The notes beneath the pieces are model-generated. The model saw only the letters and a program-made list of their open reading frames with translations, was not told where the DNA came from and did not search any database. The translations under genes were made by a program, and so were the position numbers. A stretch of DNA of 64,000 nucleotides from Octopus vulgaris (Eukaryota): contig OX597814.1 of assembly GCA_951406725.2 (NCBI GenBank), forward strand, positions 62,496,001-62,560,000, read 5' to 3'. Positions 1 through 13,368 of the stretch are shown here, in pieces (the first letter of the stretch is position 1; each line of letters starts with the position of its first letter).

Positions 1-399
1 GAGTAGATAAAATTTTCTGCAGGTTCTCCTAATATCTCTCGTATACATCTTGGTAAGAATTCATCCTTGAACTTATACGACTCTTAATACTTCTTGTCAT
101 CTATTTCACTTTATCGATATCGTATAAAATTTTACATTTCTATTCTGTGGTCAACATTCAATGCAACCAGAAGCATTTAATATAACCATGGTATACGTCC
201 TGTATAGATATGTTTACCAAAAACCTGTTATAAATAATTACTATTCACCAAAAACATCAAGAAATCACAACTATGATAATTACACCTTTATTATGTATGA
301 ACACCATACAGCTAAACTCTTCAGAAACTTCATAGTAGATCTTGTAATCTCTGATTTGTTTTTAAGCCAATCACACATCGGTAACACGGAGGAACACAG

Positions 400-2006
400 A
401 ATTTGGAACATGGAACATTAGACCTGTTTTTAAGTAAAGTTTGGTTGCTGGTTCTATATATTCCAGTTTTTCTCTGTCAGCTCTGGTTATTGAGATATGT
501 TATACTCCTAATTGCTATGTATACAACCGGGCACAAGGCTGGATCAGGTACAATGACTGATGAGAAAAAAATCATAATTGTTGCCCTTTGGGTAAAATAT
601 GGCTTCATACAAGAAGAATACGCTTATTTATGATTAAATTATACAGATGGAATCAGATAATGGTGAAACGAGCGTAGAAAGTTATCTATGATACAATATT
701 CATTTATTCAGACGTCTCACGAAAGCGGCATTTCAGAGACTTTTTTTATGTTGAGCTTCACCAAGTCAATCACGTCGAATGGTCAGACAGTAATCCGACA
801 TCATATGGGTATCCTAGTGCTCATCAATGTCTTTCTTCCCTTTTCGCCCTGTTAATTAGGTCTCCACGTTCGCCTTGGAAATGATCCAAACGGCTTGGAA
901 GGTAATGCACTTTGAAGTCCATATTACAGCTAAGTTGATGGAAAGAAGAGAGAATGTTCTTCACTAGTTCAGAGTAGTTATCTGTTGTATGACTCCTAAG
1001 AAAAATTCTTATAACCAGGGTAAACGAAGATCATGTATCTGCCTCAGCTTTGTACATTGTCTCTTAGAAAAGTGGGTCTTTCATGAATTTCTCGATTTGT
1101 GGCCCGTCGAAAATATCTGCCTTTTATCGTTTCCATACTCAAGCGCTGTAAATTTTCTGCATTCATTATCAAAGCGTTCCACAATATTTTTCTTTAAACC
1201 TAGTTTGATGTTCAGTGGTGGTAAAATGATTTTATCTCTGTCTAGCAAGGTTCTGAGATCACATTCTTTTATCCAACAACCATGAATTCTCTCAGGGGAC
1301 GTTGCTTTCGCGTACTTACATCTACTATTACAAAGACAAAAAAAGCAGCAGTAATTGTTGTGTCTATTCTGCTGACCCAGGAAAAAAAATTCACCATCTT
1401 AAGACCCACGCAGATTAGCCATTGGTCATCGTAGTATGATATCTTCTTTAAAACTAGGGCAATTGTTTACTGCTATTCAATCGTCATAGTTGAAGTGACC
1501 ATTTGGGATTGATCCACATTTATTGCTATTGAAAAGAAACGCGAATTTTAAGCTTCATTTAGAAATATATATGAAATCCGCCATTCACTTAGTTCATATT
1601 TTGATATACAGTAATCCCTCGCCATACCGCAGTTCACCTATCGCAGTTTATTATTTAAGCTTACGTCGATTCCTCTGCGGTATCGTTTTGCATTTATAAT
1701 AAAATAAATATATACAAATTATAAAAATAATAAAACAAAAATTTACATTACAGTGCTGTTTCTACTTCGCGGATATGTTCACCTATCGCGGGAGGGGGTT
1801 TGGAATGTAACACCCGCGATAGTCAAGGGGTTACTGTACCCACTTTCGTTAGCAAGGCATGAATATCGTTGCAAAAAAAAAAAAAAGAATTTTCCTCCGT
1901 GAAGGGTAGTAAATCCATTTTTCTTTGCGATACGTACATTTAATGATAGTGCATTGTCTCAAAAACTAGAGCCGCTAGAAAATGAAGGTCTCATTTCTTA
2001 TTCAGT
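400..2006 (-). mobile_element. Decayed CMC-Chapaev3-type DNA transposon (transposase relic ~735-1935)
   Basis: Minus-strand translation across stops and frameshifts gives FCNDIHALL..YELSEWRI..SLK, QWLICVGLKMVNF..LGQQ, NYSELVKNILSSFHQLSCNMDFKVHYLPSRLDHF and MMSDYC. These match the Chapaev3 motifs EWRLFIDSSK.SLK, WLICGDLK..LLGQQ, CNMSLKIHFLHSHLDFF and MADYCW. Confidence 0.8.
1609..1836. mobile_element. Tc1/mariner (Tigger-like) MITE nested in the Chapaev3 relic
   Basis: TIRs CAGTAATCCCTCG ... CAAGGGGTTACTG with TA on both sides. Removing it rejoins the Chapaev3 frame (TKVG-ISKYEL). Confidence 0.85.
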
Positions 2007-2348
2007 GGCGTGAATACACCCAGATTCTGGTCTAAAATCTGAGGTGTATTTTCTTCTTAGATATAATCTACGGGATAATAGACATTGAAGTCAGTTAAAT
2101 ATTTAATGAATAAAATATTAAAATCCTTGTATATTCAGATATATTGTAAGGAATATTAATTCATTACCAATTTTTTTTAGTACGTATCTGAATATATTTT
2201 CATATTTTTGTATTTTCAGTTTGAAATCTCACCAGAAATATTCTATATTTCAGTATTTCCCATAGTCTACGTCAACTGATGTTAGAAATAATGTAAAACT
2301 GTGTCAAAATACATTTATAACTAATCACTAATATTGCAAAAAGGTTTA

Positions 2349-2535
2349 AGGCGGCAAGCTGGCAGAATCGTTAGCACGAAGGGCAAAAATGCTCAGCGAC
2401 ATTTCGTTCGCCTTTATGTTCTGAGTTAAAATTCCACCGAGGTCAATAAGTACCATTTGAGTATTGGGGTCGATGTAATTGACTTACCCCTTTACCGAAG
2501 TTGCTGGCCTTGTGCCAAAGTTTTAAACCAATATT
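2349..2535 (+). mobile_element. tRNA-derived SINE, family 1 (internally deleted)
   Basis: GGCGGCAAGCTGGCAGAATCGTTAGC head, CTGAGTTAAAATTCC B-box-like motif, TAAGTACCA..GGGGTCGATGTAAT body. Confidence 0.8.
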
Positions 2536-2612
2536 ACAAAAAATTAAGGTAGTGGCATCTAAAATTAATTTGTATTTTGCTTGTAGTTACAACTGGAAAG
2601 GTAGATATAGAG

Positions 2613-2662
<50 letters not shown>

Positions 2663-3291
2663 TTGGGTTGTACTTTAATTTACTAACACGGAAAGTGTAA
2701 AAGGCAGAAGAGTGCCCACGGTGGTATTTAAGGTTCAGAACGTGATGAGTTGGAATAAACACAGCAAGGCAATTAATCTTATGCTTTAATAATTCTGTCA
2801 AGACCATCAATAATTTATACCAGAAACACAAGGCCTGAAATGTTTTGGAGAGGATGTTAATCGATGAAATCTACTTCGTATTGACTTGGTTGGTTCATTC
2901 TTCTATTGGCCTCGGATCTATTAAAGGCAATGTAGATTTCGGCGTAGGTGGAACTCAGAATGTAAAGAACCGAAAAAGAAAATATGTCCGATGCTCTAAC
3001 GATTCGGATACGGAAATGTAACGAATGTTATGTTTAATAATCAAGATTGAACCCACTATATCTAACATATCTGCAGCTGTTGTTTAGATCAAGGTCAGTT
3101 GTAAGTGAGCAGATATATGATCAAAAGATTACCAGCCGTGATTATCTAGTATTTTTTCCTGTTCATAGCATGTCTCAGTCATGTTATCTTGTGTGTGTTT
3201 CTTTTCTAAGCTAGATGTGAGAGATTTGATAGTTTCTTGCAGATCGAGCGACTGCGTGGAGGCTCCTTCACTCGTCCAATGCAAGGATGCA

Positions 3292-3326
3292 TATAAAACA
3301 CTACACTACTTGCTATCATTAGTTAC
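3292..3326 (+). promoter_or_regulatory. Candidate TATA + Initiator core promoter (homologous copies at 7535, 12635, 33343)
   Basis: TATAAAA followed 24 nt later by TCATTAGTT, with the same 23-24 nt spacing in four copies. CCAAT at 3276. Confidence 0.4.
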
Positions 3327-3705
3327 ATTAATAATGTTCATGCCCTGCACAGCCAACGTTTCTCTCATTCTTCAGGGGACAGAGTAGATAAATCAACAGA
3401 CAAACTAGCTTGTGATATAAATCAACACCATTTATGTTCTAATATCAAATTCTGTTAGGTCCAACTTTACATTTGATCATTTCACTCTCACTAAAATAAA
3501 TATCAGTAACGTTTTCCTAAATATGACCTTATGGTTAACTTAAGAATCATTCTCATTACTACTAAATATTTAGATACATTAACTGAATCTATTATTTCGT
3601 CTGTATATGTTACTTTTAAGCTAAAGATAAAAACCGGAAACGAAAGTAGAGTTATATCTTACAGTTTTTCCTTCGAAAGTAATTACTCATCACGATTAAC
3701 TCTGA

Positions 3706-3707
<2 letters not shown>

Positions 3708-3791
<84 letters not shown>
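3708..3791. repeat. (CA)n microsatellite
   Basis: Seen directly. Confidence 0.98.
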
Positions 3792-3793
<2 letters not shown>

Positions 3794-5356
3794 CATTGAT
3801 GATGTCATAATTTACTCAAACGGTTTCAAGGAAGTAGAATCGAGTTGGTCATATTAAATTGAAATAACATGAACCAGTCATCGTTATTGTTGTTTTTTGT
3901 TATGTCGTATTCCAGTCTGAAGCAAGATGACGTAACAAAGAGAGACGTAACAAAACCACAAACTCATGAAGAATATTATTATTTCTCCGTAGTAATAATC
4001 TAGGCTATATCTAGGGAACGGTTACAAACCATCATTTTTCCATCGAGAATACGTTGTATAAAAGAAGGCCTGGATACGAAGACACAGAGAGACATACACA
4101 GTATAAACACACACACATGTATACAGAGATATATACACACTATGATATACTTTCACTAAGACGTGCACACACGAAGATAGCACATACAGACAAAAAATAC
4201 TTCAGTAACATCCGCCCAGAAATTTTACGTCCATAGCCGTACATAATAATCTATCGGACCTTATTCTTTTCGATTAGTCGATCGAACCATCCATCTTCTC
4301 TACCCGCTATTCTTAGGAGAATCGTTGTGGGTATAAGGTATTCAAGCATTTCCTCCATAGGATCCTACCGAAAACAACTCTCATAATCTTGGTATTTCAT
4401 TTATAGTGAATAGGCATGCTAGAAAAGAACTCTTCATTTTCGTCATCGTCGCGTTCCTCCTCCTCCCCTCCTCCTCCTCCCCCCCTCCTCCTCACCACCA
4501 CCACCATCATTACCATTGATTGGAGCTGGTAAGCTGGAGAGCTGCACCAGGCTCCCGTCAATTCTAGTGGCTATTGGAAAGGTAGATATGGAAATTTCAA
4601 TAGCAGATTTGGAAAAATAATTGTTTCTAGTACAGGCTCAAAGTCTTATTTGTATAGGAGGGGGATTAGTCGATACCATCGAGCCCATATTACACGAGTG
4701 GTACTTTTATATTACCAAACCGGAGAGTATGCAAGGCATGGTTGATTCCGGCTGCATTTGAAGTCAGAACATGAGGTGCCGGAATATTACTGCAAGGCTC
4801 TTGTCGAACACTCTAATGATTCTTCCTCCCTAATCGTTTCTAACATAGGCACATGGCCTGAAATTTTTGGGGGTAAGTTGTTAGTCGACTAAATTTGCTT
4901 CGTTCTTGACTGGTACATAATTCTATCAACCTCGGGTGGATTGAAAGCAAAATTGACCTCGGAGTCATTTGAACTCAGAATGTAAAAGTACTGCAAATTG
5001 TTTTATCCGACGCTCTAATGAATCTGACTTGGAAATTTAATGGAAGTTATATTTAAATAACTAACATTCAACTCAATATGCTTAATAAATCTGTAGCTGT
5101 TGCTTAGACGGTCAGTTATAATCGAGCAAATCTATGATCAAAGCCTTTACTACCCTGACCATCCATTCGCACGCTGCATTTCGTCCGTCTTTATGTTCTG
5201 TGTTCAAATTCCGCCGAGGTTGACTTTGCAGTTCATCCTTTCGGTGTCGATGAATTAAGCACCAGTGAAACACTGGGGTCGATGTAATCAACTTATCCCT
5301 TCCCACCAAATTTCAGACTTTTTGTCTACAGTAGAAAAGATTATTATTGCTGCTGA

Positions 5357-5765
5357 AGGCGGCGAGCTGGCAGAAACGTTAGCACGCCGGGCGAAATGCT
5401 TAGCAGTATTTCGTCTGCCGCTACGTTCTGAGTTCAAATTCTGCCGAGGTCGACTTTGCCTTTCATCCTTTCGGGGACGATTAAATAAGTACCAGTTACG
5501 CACTGGGGTCGATGTAATCGACTCAATCCGTTTGTCTGTCCTTCTTTGTCCTCTCCGTGTTTAGCCGATTGTGGGTAGTAAAGAAATAGGTATTTCGCCC
5601 GTCGCTACGTTCTGAGTTCAAATGCTACCGAGGTCGACTTTGCCTTTCATTCTTTCGGGGATGGTAAATTAAATACTAGTGAAACACTGTGGTTGATATA
5701 ATCGTGTATTTCCTCCCAACTACAACAAATTTCAGGTCTGGTACCTATAGTAAAAAGGATTATTA
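5357..5765 (+). mobile_element. tRNA-derived SINE, family 1 (Meta-domain-like core), dimeric
   Basis: AGGCGGCGAGCTGGCAGAAACGTTAGC A-box head, GAGTTCAAATTC B-box and GCCTTTCATCCTTTCGGGG..TAAATAAGTACCAG core. The B-box and core occur twice. Confidence 0.9.
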
Positions 5766-6043
5766 TTAGTCTTATATTTTCACATATATTAACGGAAAAC
5801 ATGATTCTGTGTATATTTTCTTGCTTGTACTGGAGAGAACAGGGAAGCAAAATCAGTTTTATATTTCAATATTTTTTCTACATCTTTTTTCTATATTTGG
5901 TTTGCAAGATTCTTTATGACTCTCCCTTGACACTACAAAATTTGTTTTTTTTTCTTCGTAAGTAATTACTCGTTACGATTCACTCCGAAGCACACGCACT
6001 CACGTACACACACAGGCGCGCATGCACACACACATACTTACAC

Positions 6044-6082
<39 letters not shown>

Positions 6083-6489
6083 TACATATATAAGTTTACA
6101 GAATACACAGCCGTTGATGACAACATAATGTTGATTTACATTTACTCACTTCAACGATCGGCAAGGAAAGAAAATTGAAGTTTACATTGATATCAGCTGA
6201 TATAGTCGTAGTTGTTCTGCGCCATTACAACGAACTTGCAGAGATGCGAGCCGATCGCCGAAGAGTGAGTACTACAGACACCGTTTATTTACTGGTTTAA
6301 GAAATCTGAATTGGTAACAAACATTGGAACCTATATCATCTGTGAACTCCAGACATATGTAAATGACACGATCAACTCTGGCACGATTTAACGATAATGA
6401 CCACAATAACTACAATGTAGTCTTAATACTTACAATGTCATATTGTGTTGTCTTTAGCACAATGCAATGGTCTTTCTAAGCACGTGTCT

Positions 6490-6503
6490 GTCGTCATGGC
6501 AAC
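6490..6503. promoter_or_regulatory. RFX X-box-like motif upstream of a first-exon relic
   Basis: GTCGTCATGGCAAC. Homologous copies are GTTGTCATGGCAAC (17536), GTCGTCATGACAAC (19285) and GTTACTATGGAAAC (28159). Confidence 0.45.
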
Positions 6504-7579
6504 ATTTGATGCTTTCAATTAACTGAAAAAATATCTATGACCTCTAATAATTTGCTTCAGTGAAGAATTCTTTATGAACCATACAAAAAAAAAAAAAGAA
6601 AAAAAGAATTGAAACGCTTTTTAATACCTCATTGATCACAGGAATTGATAAGATTCTCTGGAGGTTTCCCTAATATCTCACTGGTATAGACCTTAGTAAA
6701 AAAGTCTTCTCTGCTCTCATTCAATTTTTAATATATTTTGTCATATATTTCATTTCCTCGATATGGCGTTAAGTCTTACATTTTTATTTTTGTGGTCAAC
6801 ATTAGAGATTTTTTTTAAATGAATGGTGCTCTTGTTGAATGAACAAAGGACTAGACCGATACTGTGTTCAATCGACTTCAGAAGGATTAAAGAGAAAATT
6901 AGTCTAGGTAGTGTTTGAACTCAAGAATGTAAAGAACTGGAAAACAATACCACTACTAATTTTGTCGGATGCTCTAACGGTTCTGCCAGCCTGTCAATTA
7001 TTTCTAGCATAGGCATAATGCTTCTAACATTTTGAAGAAGGGGTTAGTCGATTAAATCGACTTCAATACCTGACTAGTAGCTAATTTTATCGAACCCTAG
7101 ATGAATTATAGGCAAAGTTGACGCACATTTGAACTCAGAATGTAAAGAAGTGAAAAGAAATACTGCAAGGAATTTGTCATTTGTCTGACTCTCTAACATT
7201 TCTGACAAACAGTAACCTACAGATATGGAAATGTAATGAAAGCCATATTTGTTAATCTAGATTGTATTCATTATGTCTAACAGATTTGCAACTGTTGTTT
7301 GTCTAAGTTCAACTGGAAACAAGCAGATTAACGATCAAAGGAATTCCAGACATGTCCATCCACTCTTTTTTTTCTTGATCACAGCACATCCAAGACCATG
7401 TTATGTAGCATGTTCTTCTGTAAGGTTGCAGTGACTGATTTGGTGGATATTTCACGGCTATTTCCAGTAGATGGTATGATTGTATGAATGCTTCATCACT
7501 GACTCTGATGATAAATATTTCATGGAAAGCTGTATATAAAACACAACTCTACTTGCTATCATTAGATACACCAGCAGAA

Positions 7580-7649
7580 ATACCGCCATCCGGGAGCTTT
7601 TCTGCTAGCTACTTGATAATATTTTCACATTTGATTCCAATTTCTAACG
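7580..7649 (+). pseudogene. Signal-peptide-like first exon relic (type B)
   Basis: Follows the TATA-Inr motif and reads (I/M)PPSGSFSASYLIIFSHLIPISN-G. The start is ATA and the GT donor is lost. Resembles 33396-33456. Confidence 0.35.
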
Positions 7650-7865
7650 ATTTTTATATTTTACGTCTAATTATTTCTTTGTATAATAGTGCTCAAGTTT
7701 GTTTAGTAAATATTGCTTTCATTATTTTATCACAGTCATAATCTCTCTTTTTTAAACAAACATTACGGTTGTCCAACAACAGAGGGAGAAGCAGTTTGTC
7801 AAGTTTTACCATCCCCTCAAAGCAACATAGAGATTTCAATTTAGCATCCCATTTCTAAGTTTTGC

Positions 7866-7866
<1 letters not shown>

Positions 7867-7959
<93 letters not shown>
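7867..7959. repeat. (GT)n(GA)n compound microsatellite
   Basis: Seen directly. Confidence 0.98.
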
Positions 7960-7960
<1 letters not shown>

Positions 7961-8019
7961 ATTGCAAACAATGAATGAAATAAACATGAAATGAAAAAAT
8001 CGTATAAATATAAGGGTAT

Positions 8020-8780
8020 TATTATAGATGTATACGCCCCCAACTTTGTTGCCTCATAACATCCAGAAAAATAGATACTTTTTAACAAAATTTTCTATAA
8101 ATATTGCTTAGATGTTGCGGTTTCAGAGTATATAGGGATTTATGGGAAATAATTTTTACGAGGGGGGAGAGGGGAGTTTCAGAAAATTCACACGATCTGA
8201 CTTTTTGCCTCATAACTTTCAGGAAGATGGTTATCTTTCAACGAAAATTTATACAAATCCCTTTCAAACAGCATAGATTACGATTGTAAAGAAATTAGGG
8301 ATTTCCCCTATTTTTTTAAAATCACAGCCTTCGAAATGATGAGGTTTTGAAAACTCTTTTTTTTTACACCCCTCCTTCATCATCCGGGCCTATTTTTATC
8401 GTATTAGTTTACCACACGTTGTTTTACACCTATTACACTTAAAAAAAAAAGTTTTGTGATCGGGTGTCGAAGTCGGGTTATTGGATCGAGTGAATTTTCC
8501 GAGTCCGCACTCCACCCACCCCGTCACAAAAAAAAAAAAAAAAATAGTGTAATAGGTGTAAAATAATGTGTAGTAAAAGAATATGAAAAAAAAACGGGCG
8601 AACGGGAAGTGGTGAGAGGACTCGGAACATTCCCGATGTGAATTTTACGATACCCCACCCTGTTCGCGAGTGCGCATTTTTTTCGTCATATTCATTTACT
8701 ACACGTTGTTTTACACATATAACACTAATTTTTCCCCATATTTTTGCCCGGGTCTGAAACTGGAGTTTAACCGACTATCC
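8020..8780. mobile_element. Unclassified non-autonomous element with internal direct and inverted subrepeats
   Basis: A ~45-bp unit TTTAC(C/T)ACACGTTGTTTTACAC..ACACT at ~8408 and ~8695, inverted at ~8546-8590. It interrupts the duplicated host unit. Confidence 0.5.
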
Positions 8781-9787
8781 TACCCTTTTCCTGTTCACAG
8801 CATGTCTTAGACCATGTTATATAGTATGTTCTTGTTTTTAATATAACGGTATGAGATTTGGCTGCTATTTCTGGCAGATAGAGTGATTGCTTGGCGGTTC
8901 CAGCATTAGCTCGTCTTACAAAACTCTACATGTTGTCATTAGTTATGTTAATCTGTTCGTATCCTGCCAAGTCGAAATTTCACTTTCATTTTTCAGGGAT
9001 TAATTCAATACAATATATCTGCCCAACAAAATTCGTTGCCTTAGGCCTATGTAAAGAACTGGTTGACAGAATAAATAAACAAACAAAGTGGCACTTCATT
9101 TACATTCTAATTTCAAATTCCCTTTCGGCTAGATTTAGCTTTGATTCTTTCTGTTTCAATTCAATGAATATCAGTAAAATCTATCCTTAAACGTGGATTT
9201 ACGGCTAACTTAGAAATCATTTTTGTTATAGCTAATTTTTGTTTACATGTATTAACGTAATTTATAACTCCGTCCATATTTCCGCCATGCTGTACAGCAT
9301 ATTGCATTGAATAAAACCGGGAAGCTATAATGCAAAGCAGTTTTATGTGCTAATGTTTTTTATTCGAAAGTGATTACTCGTTAGATTCACTCTGAAGTAC
9401 ACCCCCACACACATACAGTGTCACATGCGTAATACCAGTCTTCTCTCACATACATTCATACATACACACGTACACAGTCATTGATGATGTCATAATGCCG
9501 TTGTCTATTTACTCTATATGAAAAAAGCACAGGTAATGACGACAAAAAATAGAGATACATATATAGATAGGTAGATAGATAGAGAAAGAGAGGGAGAGAG
9601 AGAAAAAGAGAGCGACGCATACACTTATATACAAAGACGTATACGAACACTCATACTATTTCTTATAAACTAAAAGACATACGCAGGTATATGCATAGAA
9701 ATGCCTACATGTGCCAAGAAATTTCAGGTAAAACACATTTCAGTAAATTTCCCTGTCCTACACTAAAAATCGTACATACAAACATTT

Positions 9788-10992
9788 TACGAATCAAAAT
9801 ACTTTTTTTGGTTTTCACTGATGAGTTTTGGCAAATAATATCTCCATGTGATATGATTAATTTGATACGACTTGTCATCAAATCGTTGCTGAATTCTTTA
9901 TTCTTTATTTTCATATATAACATATAAACATTAATTGTTTATTCTTCATTTTACAGTTTTGGTAAAGAGTGGTGAAAAAATTTCAATTAGTCATTTTATG
10001 CTCCCTGTGGGAAAAAGGGCTGAGTGCAAGGGCAACAGCAAAAAAAAAAATTAATAATGTGGAAGGCCCAGGAACTTTTAACAAACGTGTGACAAAGAAC
10101 TGGCTCAGACGTTCCAAAGCCAAACCAATGGCAGGGAGATCTGTTGTGGACGATCCTTGGCTGAAATGGTTGAACAACAGCTAAGCACAAGCACTCGTAC
10201 ATTGTTGGCAGAACTTGATACTTCATAAAGCACCACCAATCGACATCTCCATAAGCTCGGCGTTGTGAATACACGCTGTCGAGAAGTTGCTCATGAACTG
10301 ACTAATGACCAGGCTCAACGATGAACATTTACAGACAACTGCTGGCAAATCCTCGAGATAGCCGCTTTTGGCGTCGAATTGTAACTGGGGATAAAAATAG
10401 CTTATTCTCGTAACCCTAGTTAGAGAAATCAATGGCTTCGTTTCGTACTGGTTTTAGTATCTGTTGTCAAACAAGGACGGTTTGAACAGAAGGTCAGGTT
10501 GTGTGAGTGGTGGAATTTCGAGAGGATGTTGCACTTTGAGCTTATCTCAGATGGTCATGCTGAGAATGCTAACCTTTATCCTCGACAACTGCAGCGGGCT
10601 TTCAAAGCCTGCCATGAGGCATTGGTCAATCGATGACACGCATGACACACTGCCAATGTGACCAAACGCAATTTTGAAGAACTTGAAGGTCTGTAAGTGC
10701 TGTCTCATCCTATCCACAGTCCAAACCTTGCGAAATGAGATTACCGCGTTTTCTGAGCCATAGCTCATTTCCTCTTGGACGAAGTGACAACAACATAGAC
10801 GGCTGCAGGACGTTTTTCGCCTCTTAACTAGCAAAATGGTATAAAGAGAATTGAACTTCTGGCACAACGATGGCAACAGACAGTAGAATATGATGGGATA
10901 TATTCTGATAAATAAACGCTATTCGCATGTAATTTGCTTGAACTATTAATTGAAGTTTGAAATACGAAAAAATCTTTTGACTCAACCTGGTA
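9788..10992 (+). mobile_element. Decayed near full-length mariner (DD34D-type) transposon
   Basis: Transposase remnants KGLSARATAKKINNVEGPGT.NKRVTKNWLRR, VTGD, WWNF and HSPNLA..DY (YSPDLAPSDY-like). The 3' TIR ..TTTTGACTCAACCTGGTA has an eroded 5' partner. Length ~1.2 kb. Confidence 0.85.
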
Positions 10993-11099
10993 TAATGGAT
11001 CTTATCCATTTCCTTTGCAATGTCTGATTTTGTTCAAACTGTCTAGACTTTTTTAATTGACACAAAAAGTGCTGATCCTTTTTAAATATCTAATTGTTC

Positions 11100-11154
11100 A
11101 TGGGAATTGATAAGATCTGCAGATTTTCTTAATAACTCATTGGTATACATCTTG
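11100..11154 (+). pseudogene. Signal-peptide-like first exon relic (type A); copies at 1-52, 6638-6695, ~17789-17835, 19437-19487
   Basis: ATG...CATCTTG|GTAAG donor. The cross-copy consensus reads about MELIRFLQVFLISLVYIL. Every copy has a stop or indel. Confidence 0.45.
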
Positions 11155-12924
11155 GTAAGAAATCTTCTTTGATCTCGTACAACTTTTAATGCATTTGACA
11201 TCTATTTGGTTTTATCGATATGGCGTCAAGCTTTTTCTTTTTGTGGTCAACATTTGAAAATTTTTGATGAAAGTTGCTCTTGTTGCAAGAGAAACAAACG
11301 TTTAATACCACCAAAGTTTACAATGATTCAAAACATTTAATTTAACCATGAAATATATTTTTTAACTATATTTACCAAAATCCGCAATGTAAATAATTAG
11401 AGTCGCCAAAATCACCATGTAATCACACCTACAATAAATAGGCTTGTATTATTTTGTATACCGTATAACTAAACTTTTCAGAAACCTTACAGTAATCCCA
11501 CGATCTCCAATGGTTTTTTATGATGATTACACATCAATAATACAATGAAAACTACATTTCAAAGAAAGATTTCCTTTCTATCATAGAAAATACATCAAAA
11601 TTGAACAACTAGTAACTTTACAAGGCATATGTATTTTCTTCAAAGATACGATCCGTGTAATTAGACGGTTAAGTCAGTTAAATATTTAATGGATAAATGT
11701 CTATACCCCCCCCCCTGTATATTCAGAAATATTAACTGATGACCAATTTCTTTTATTACATGTCTGAATATACTTCGGTTCCTTTCAGATTGACATCTCA
11801 AGAAATATATTTTTAATATTTTAGCATTTCTCCTAGTGTACATCGACTCATGTGTGTGACCGAAATAATGGAACGTTGTTCTAAGTTAGTCACGTAAATT
11901 ATTAGCAATGGGAAAAGGTTTTAGAGAAAGTAGACCGAAATTTTTTTGTGTTGGAGGGGTATTAGTTGATAATGTCGTGTCCAGTACTTCAGTGCTACTT
12001 TATCTTATCAACTCCGAAAATGTGAAAGGCATAAGTTGGCCCCTGTGATATTTGAATTAAATACCGCGAAGCATTTTATCTGATGCGCTAACGTTCTGCC
12101 AGTCCATCAATTGTATCTAATAGAGTCAAAATGATTGAATTCTTTTTAGGAAGGTAATAATTGATTAAATCTATTTCGTACTTGACTGGTACTTTATCAA
12201 CTCCAGTTAGAATAAAGGTGAGTAAAGGTAGAGTTGACAACAACGGGATCTGAATTCAGAATATAAAGAACCGGAAATATAACCCAAGGTATTTTATCTG
12301 CTGTTCAATTCCACACCCTGAAAATATGAAGAAATAGTGAAAGATTTGGTAATCAGGATTGTATCCAGTATGGCTAACAGGCCTGCAGCCGTCGTTTAGA
12401 TTGTATTCAATATGGCTAACAGATCTGAAGCTGTTGTCTAGACTAACATAAATTACAAGTGACCAGATCTTTGCGACAGCGACCATCCAGTATTTTCCTG
12501 GTCATTGTACATCTTGTCCGTTCTTATTTTATAACATACAAGTGTGTGATTTGGCTACTATATCTAGCAGATCGAACGATTGCATAGAGAGTCCATCATG
12601 GGCCCACCTGAGAAAGGGTTCATGGGAGGTTGCATATAAAATACAACTCTCCGTGTTATCATTAGTTACGGTCATGTGTACAATGCTGGCTTTCGATCGG
12701 CTAAAATAATCCAAACTTTGTAAAATTAAAAGCTGTTAACTTTTATTTATTAACTGACAGCAAAAAGGAATTTCCTTTTCTTTATTATTATTAATAATAA
12801 TAAATCTTGACACATATTAACGGTATATATGATTCCGTTTATATTTCCTTTGTGTAGAGCGCCCTGGAGAAAATCGGGTTAATTGAAAGCAGTTTTATGT
12901 ATCAGTATTTTAACTTCGTAAAAG

Positions 12925-13285
12925 ATGTGGCGAGCTGGCAGAAGCTCAAACTTTGCCGAGATTGACTATACCTTTAATCCCCTTGGGGTCGAAAAATAAG
13001 TACCAGTTGATCACTCGGGTCGATGTATTCGACTTACACCCTGCCCCGTAATTGCTGGCCTTGTACCAAAATTTGAGACCAATATTTTTACTTCGTAAAA
13101 GGCGGCAAGATGTCAGGGACAAAAAACCCCCACACTTAGCGGCATTTCGTCTGCCTTTACGTTCTGAGTTCAAATTCCGACAAGGTCGACTTTGCTTTTT
13201 ATCCTTTTAAGGTCGATAAAATAAATACCAATTGAGTTGTAATCAAAATTGTTGGCCTTGTGCCAAAATTTGAAATTAATATTTT
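12925..13285 (+). mobile_element. Two adjacent family-1 SINE copies
   Basis: GGCGAGCTGGCAGAA head, CTGAGTTCAAATTCCG, GTCGATAAAATAA core and GGCCTTGTGCCAAAATTTGAA tails. Confidence 0.8.
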
Positions 13286-13315
13286 TACTTCGAATGTAAT
13301 TACAATTCACTGCGC

Positions 13316-13368
<53 letters not shown>

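Noticed and set aside
5357-5450. tRNA-like A/B boxes as tRNA genes (here and in the other SINE heads)
   Set aside because: No cloverleaf, and they continue into SINE bodies.
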